Shown: in pieces, positions 63,831 through 64,000 of the stretch
Layout: each line of letters opens with the position of its first letter
Numbering within the stretch: position 1 is the stretch's first letter
From: an uncultured Armatimonadetes bacterium
GTDB lineage: Bacteria; Armatimonadota; Hebobacteria; Hebobacterales; Hebobacteraceae
Direction: 5' to 3'
Length of the DNA: 64,000 nucleotides
NCBI GenBank assembly: GCA_963716175.1
Contig: OY970296.1
Location: 3,136,001-3,200,000 of the forward strand
Translations under genes and position numbers: made by a program
Notes under the pieces: model-generated
What the model was told of the DNA's origin: nothing
The model's database searches: none
The model's input: only the letters and a program-made list of their open reading frames with translations

Positions 63831-63917
63831 GGCGGTCACCACCAACAGCTCGATCAGACGTATCAACCGCCCGAACAGCTCTGCTAGGGGTCACCCATGC
63901 AGAGCTGTTCTGTTTGT
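63831..63917 (+). ncRNA. Candidate antisense sRNA 3
   Basis: Extended -10 TGG-TATATA (63820-63825), seed GCGGTCACCACCAACAGCTCGATCAG, 12-bp hairpin 63873-63910 followed by TGTTTGT. Confidence 0.65.
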
Positions 63918-64000
63918 GCCAGGTCAGCCGCGGAGGTCGCGAGCAGGCCCCAGGCTAGCTGCCCGGGTTTCTCGCGCTCTCCCGCGCCTCTCCTCCAGGC

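Noticed and set aside
63390-63917. CRISPR array
   Set aside because: No identical repeats with unique spacers at a 60-75-bp period, and no cas genes in the window.

Overview
GC-rich bacterial chromosomal segment, most likely Armatimonadota or a similar lineage. This is inferred from the mix of YlqD, RicT, CsaB/DUF5693, a DUF6785-like membrane protein and H-X9-DG prepilin-like genes. Housekeeping content: (ffh)-rpsP-khpA-ylqD-rimM-trmD, a complete F1Fo atp operon plus murA, rplS-lepB-lepB-rnhB, rpoZ-dnaJ, ricT-mfd, ribD-ribE-ribBA-ribH-dtd, iscU and cimA. There are also amino-sugar and envelope genes, a degenerate histidine kinase opposite a REC-ANTAR regulator, two Cys-rich prepilin-like H-X9-DG genes flanking an AraC regulator, and an ArnT + GT2-YdjC locus. 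About eight genes carry single frameshifts in G or GC runs, probably long-read errors. The most striking signal is non-coding (63390-63917): three short promoter-seed-hairpin units whose predicted transcripts are antisense to the conserved [11 protein letters not shown]-coding segment of prepilin-like genes, with two candidate targets in the window. This suggests a family-wide antisense sRNA system. Other notable structures are a 17-bp inverted repeat bracketing a beta-propeller gene, a 65-bp tandem repeat creating chained uORFs, and several REP/MITE-like families.
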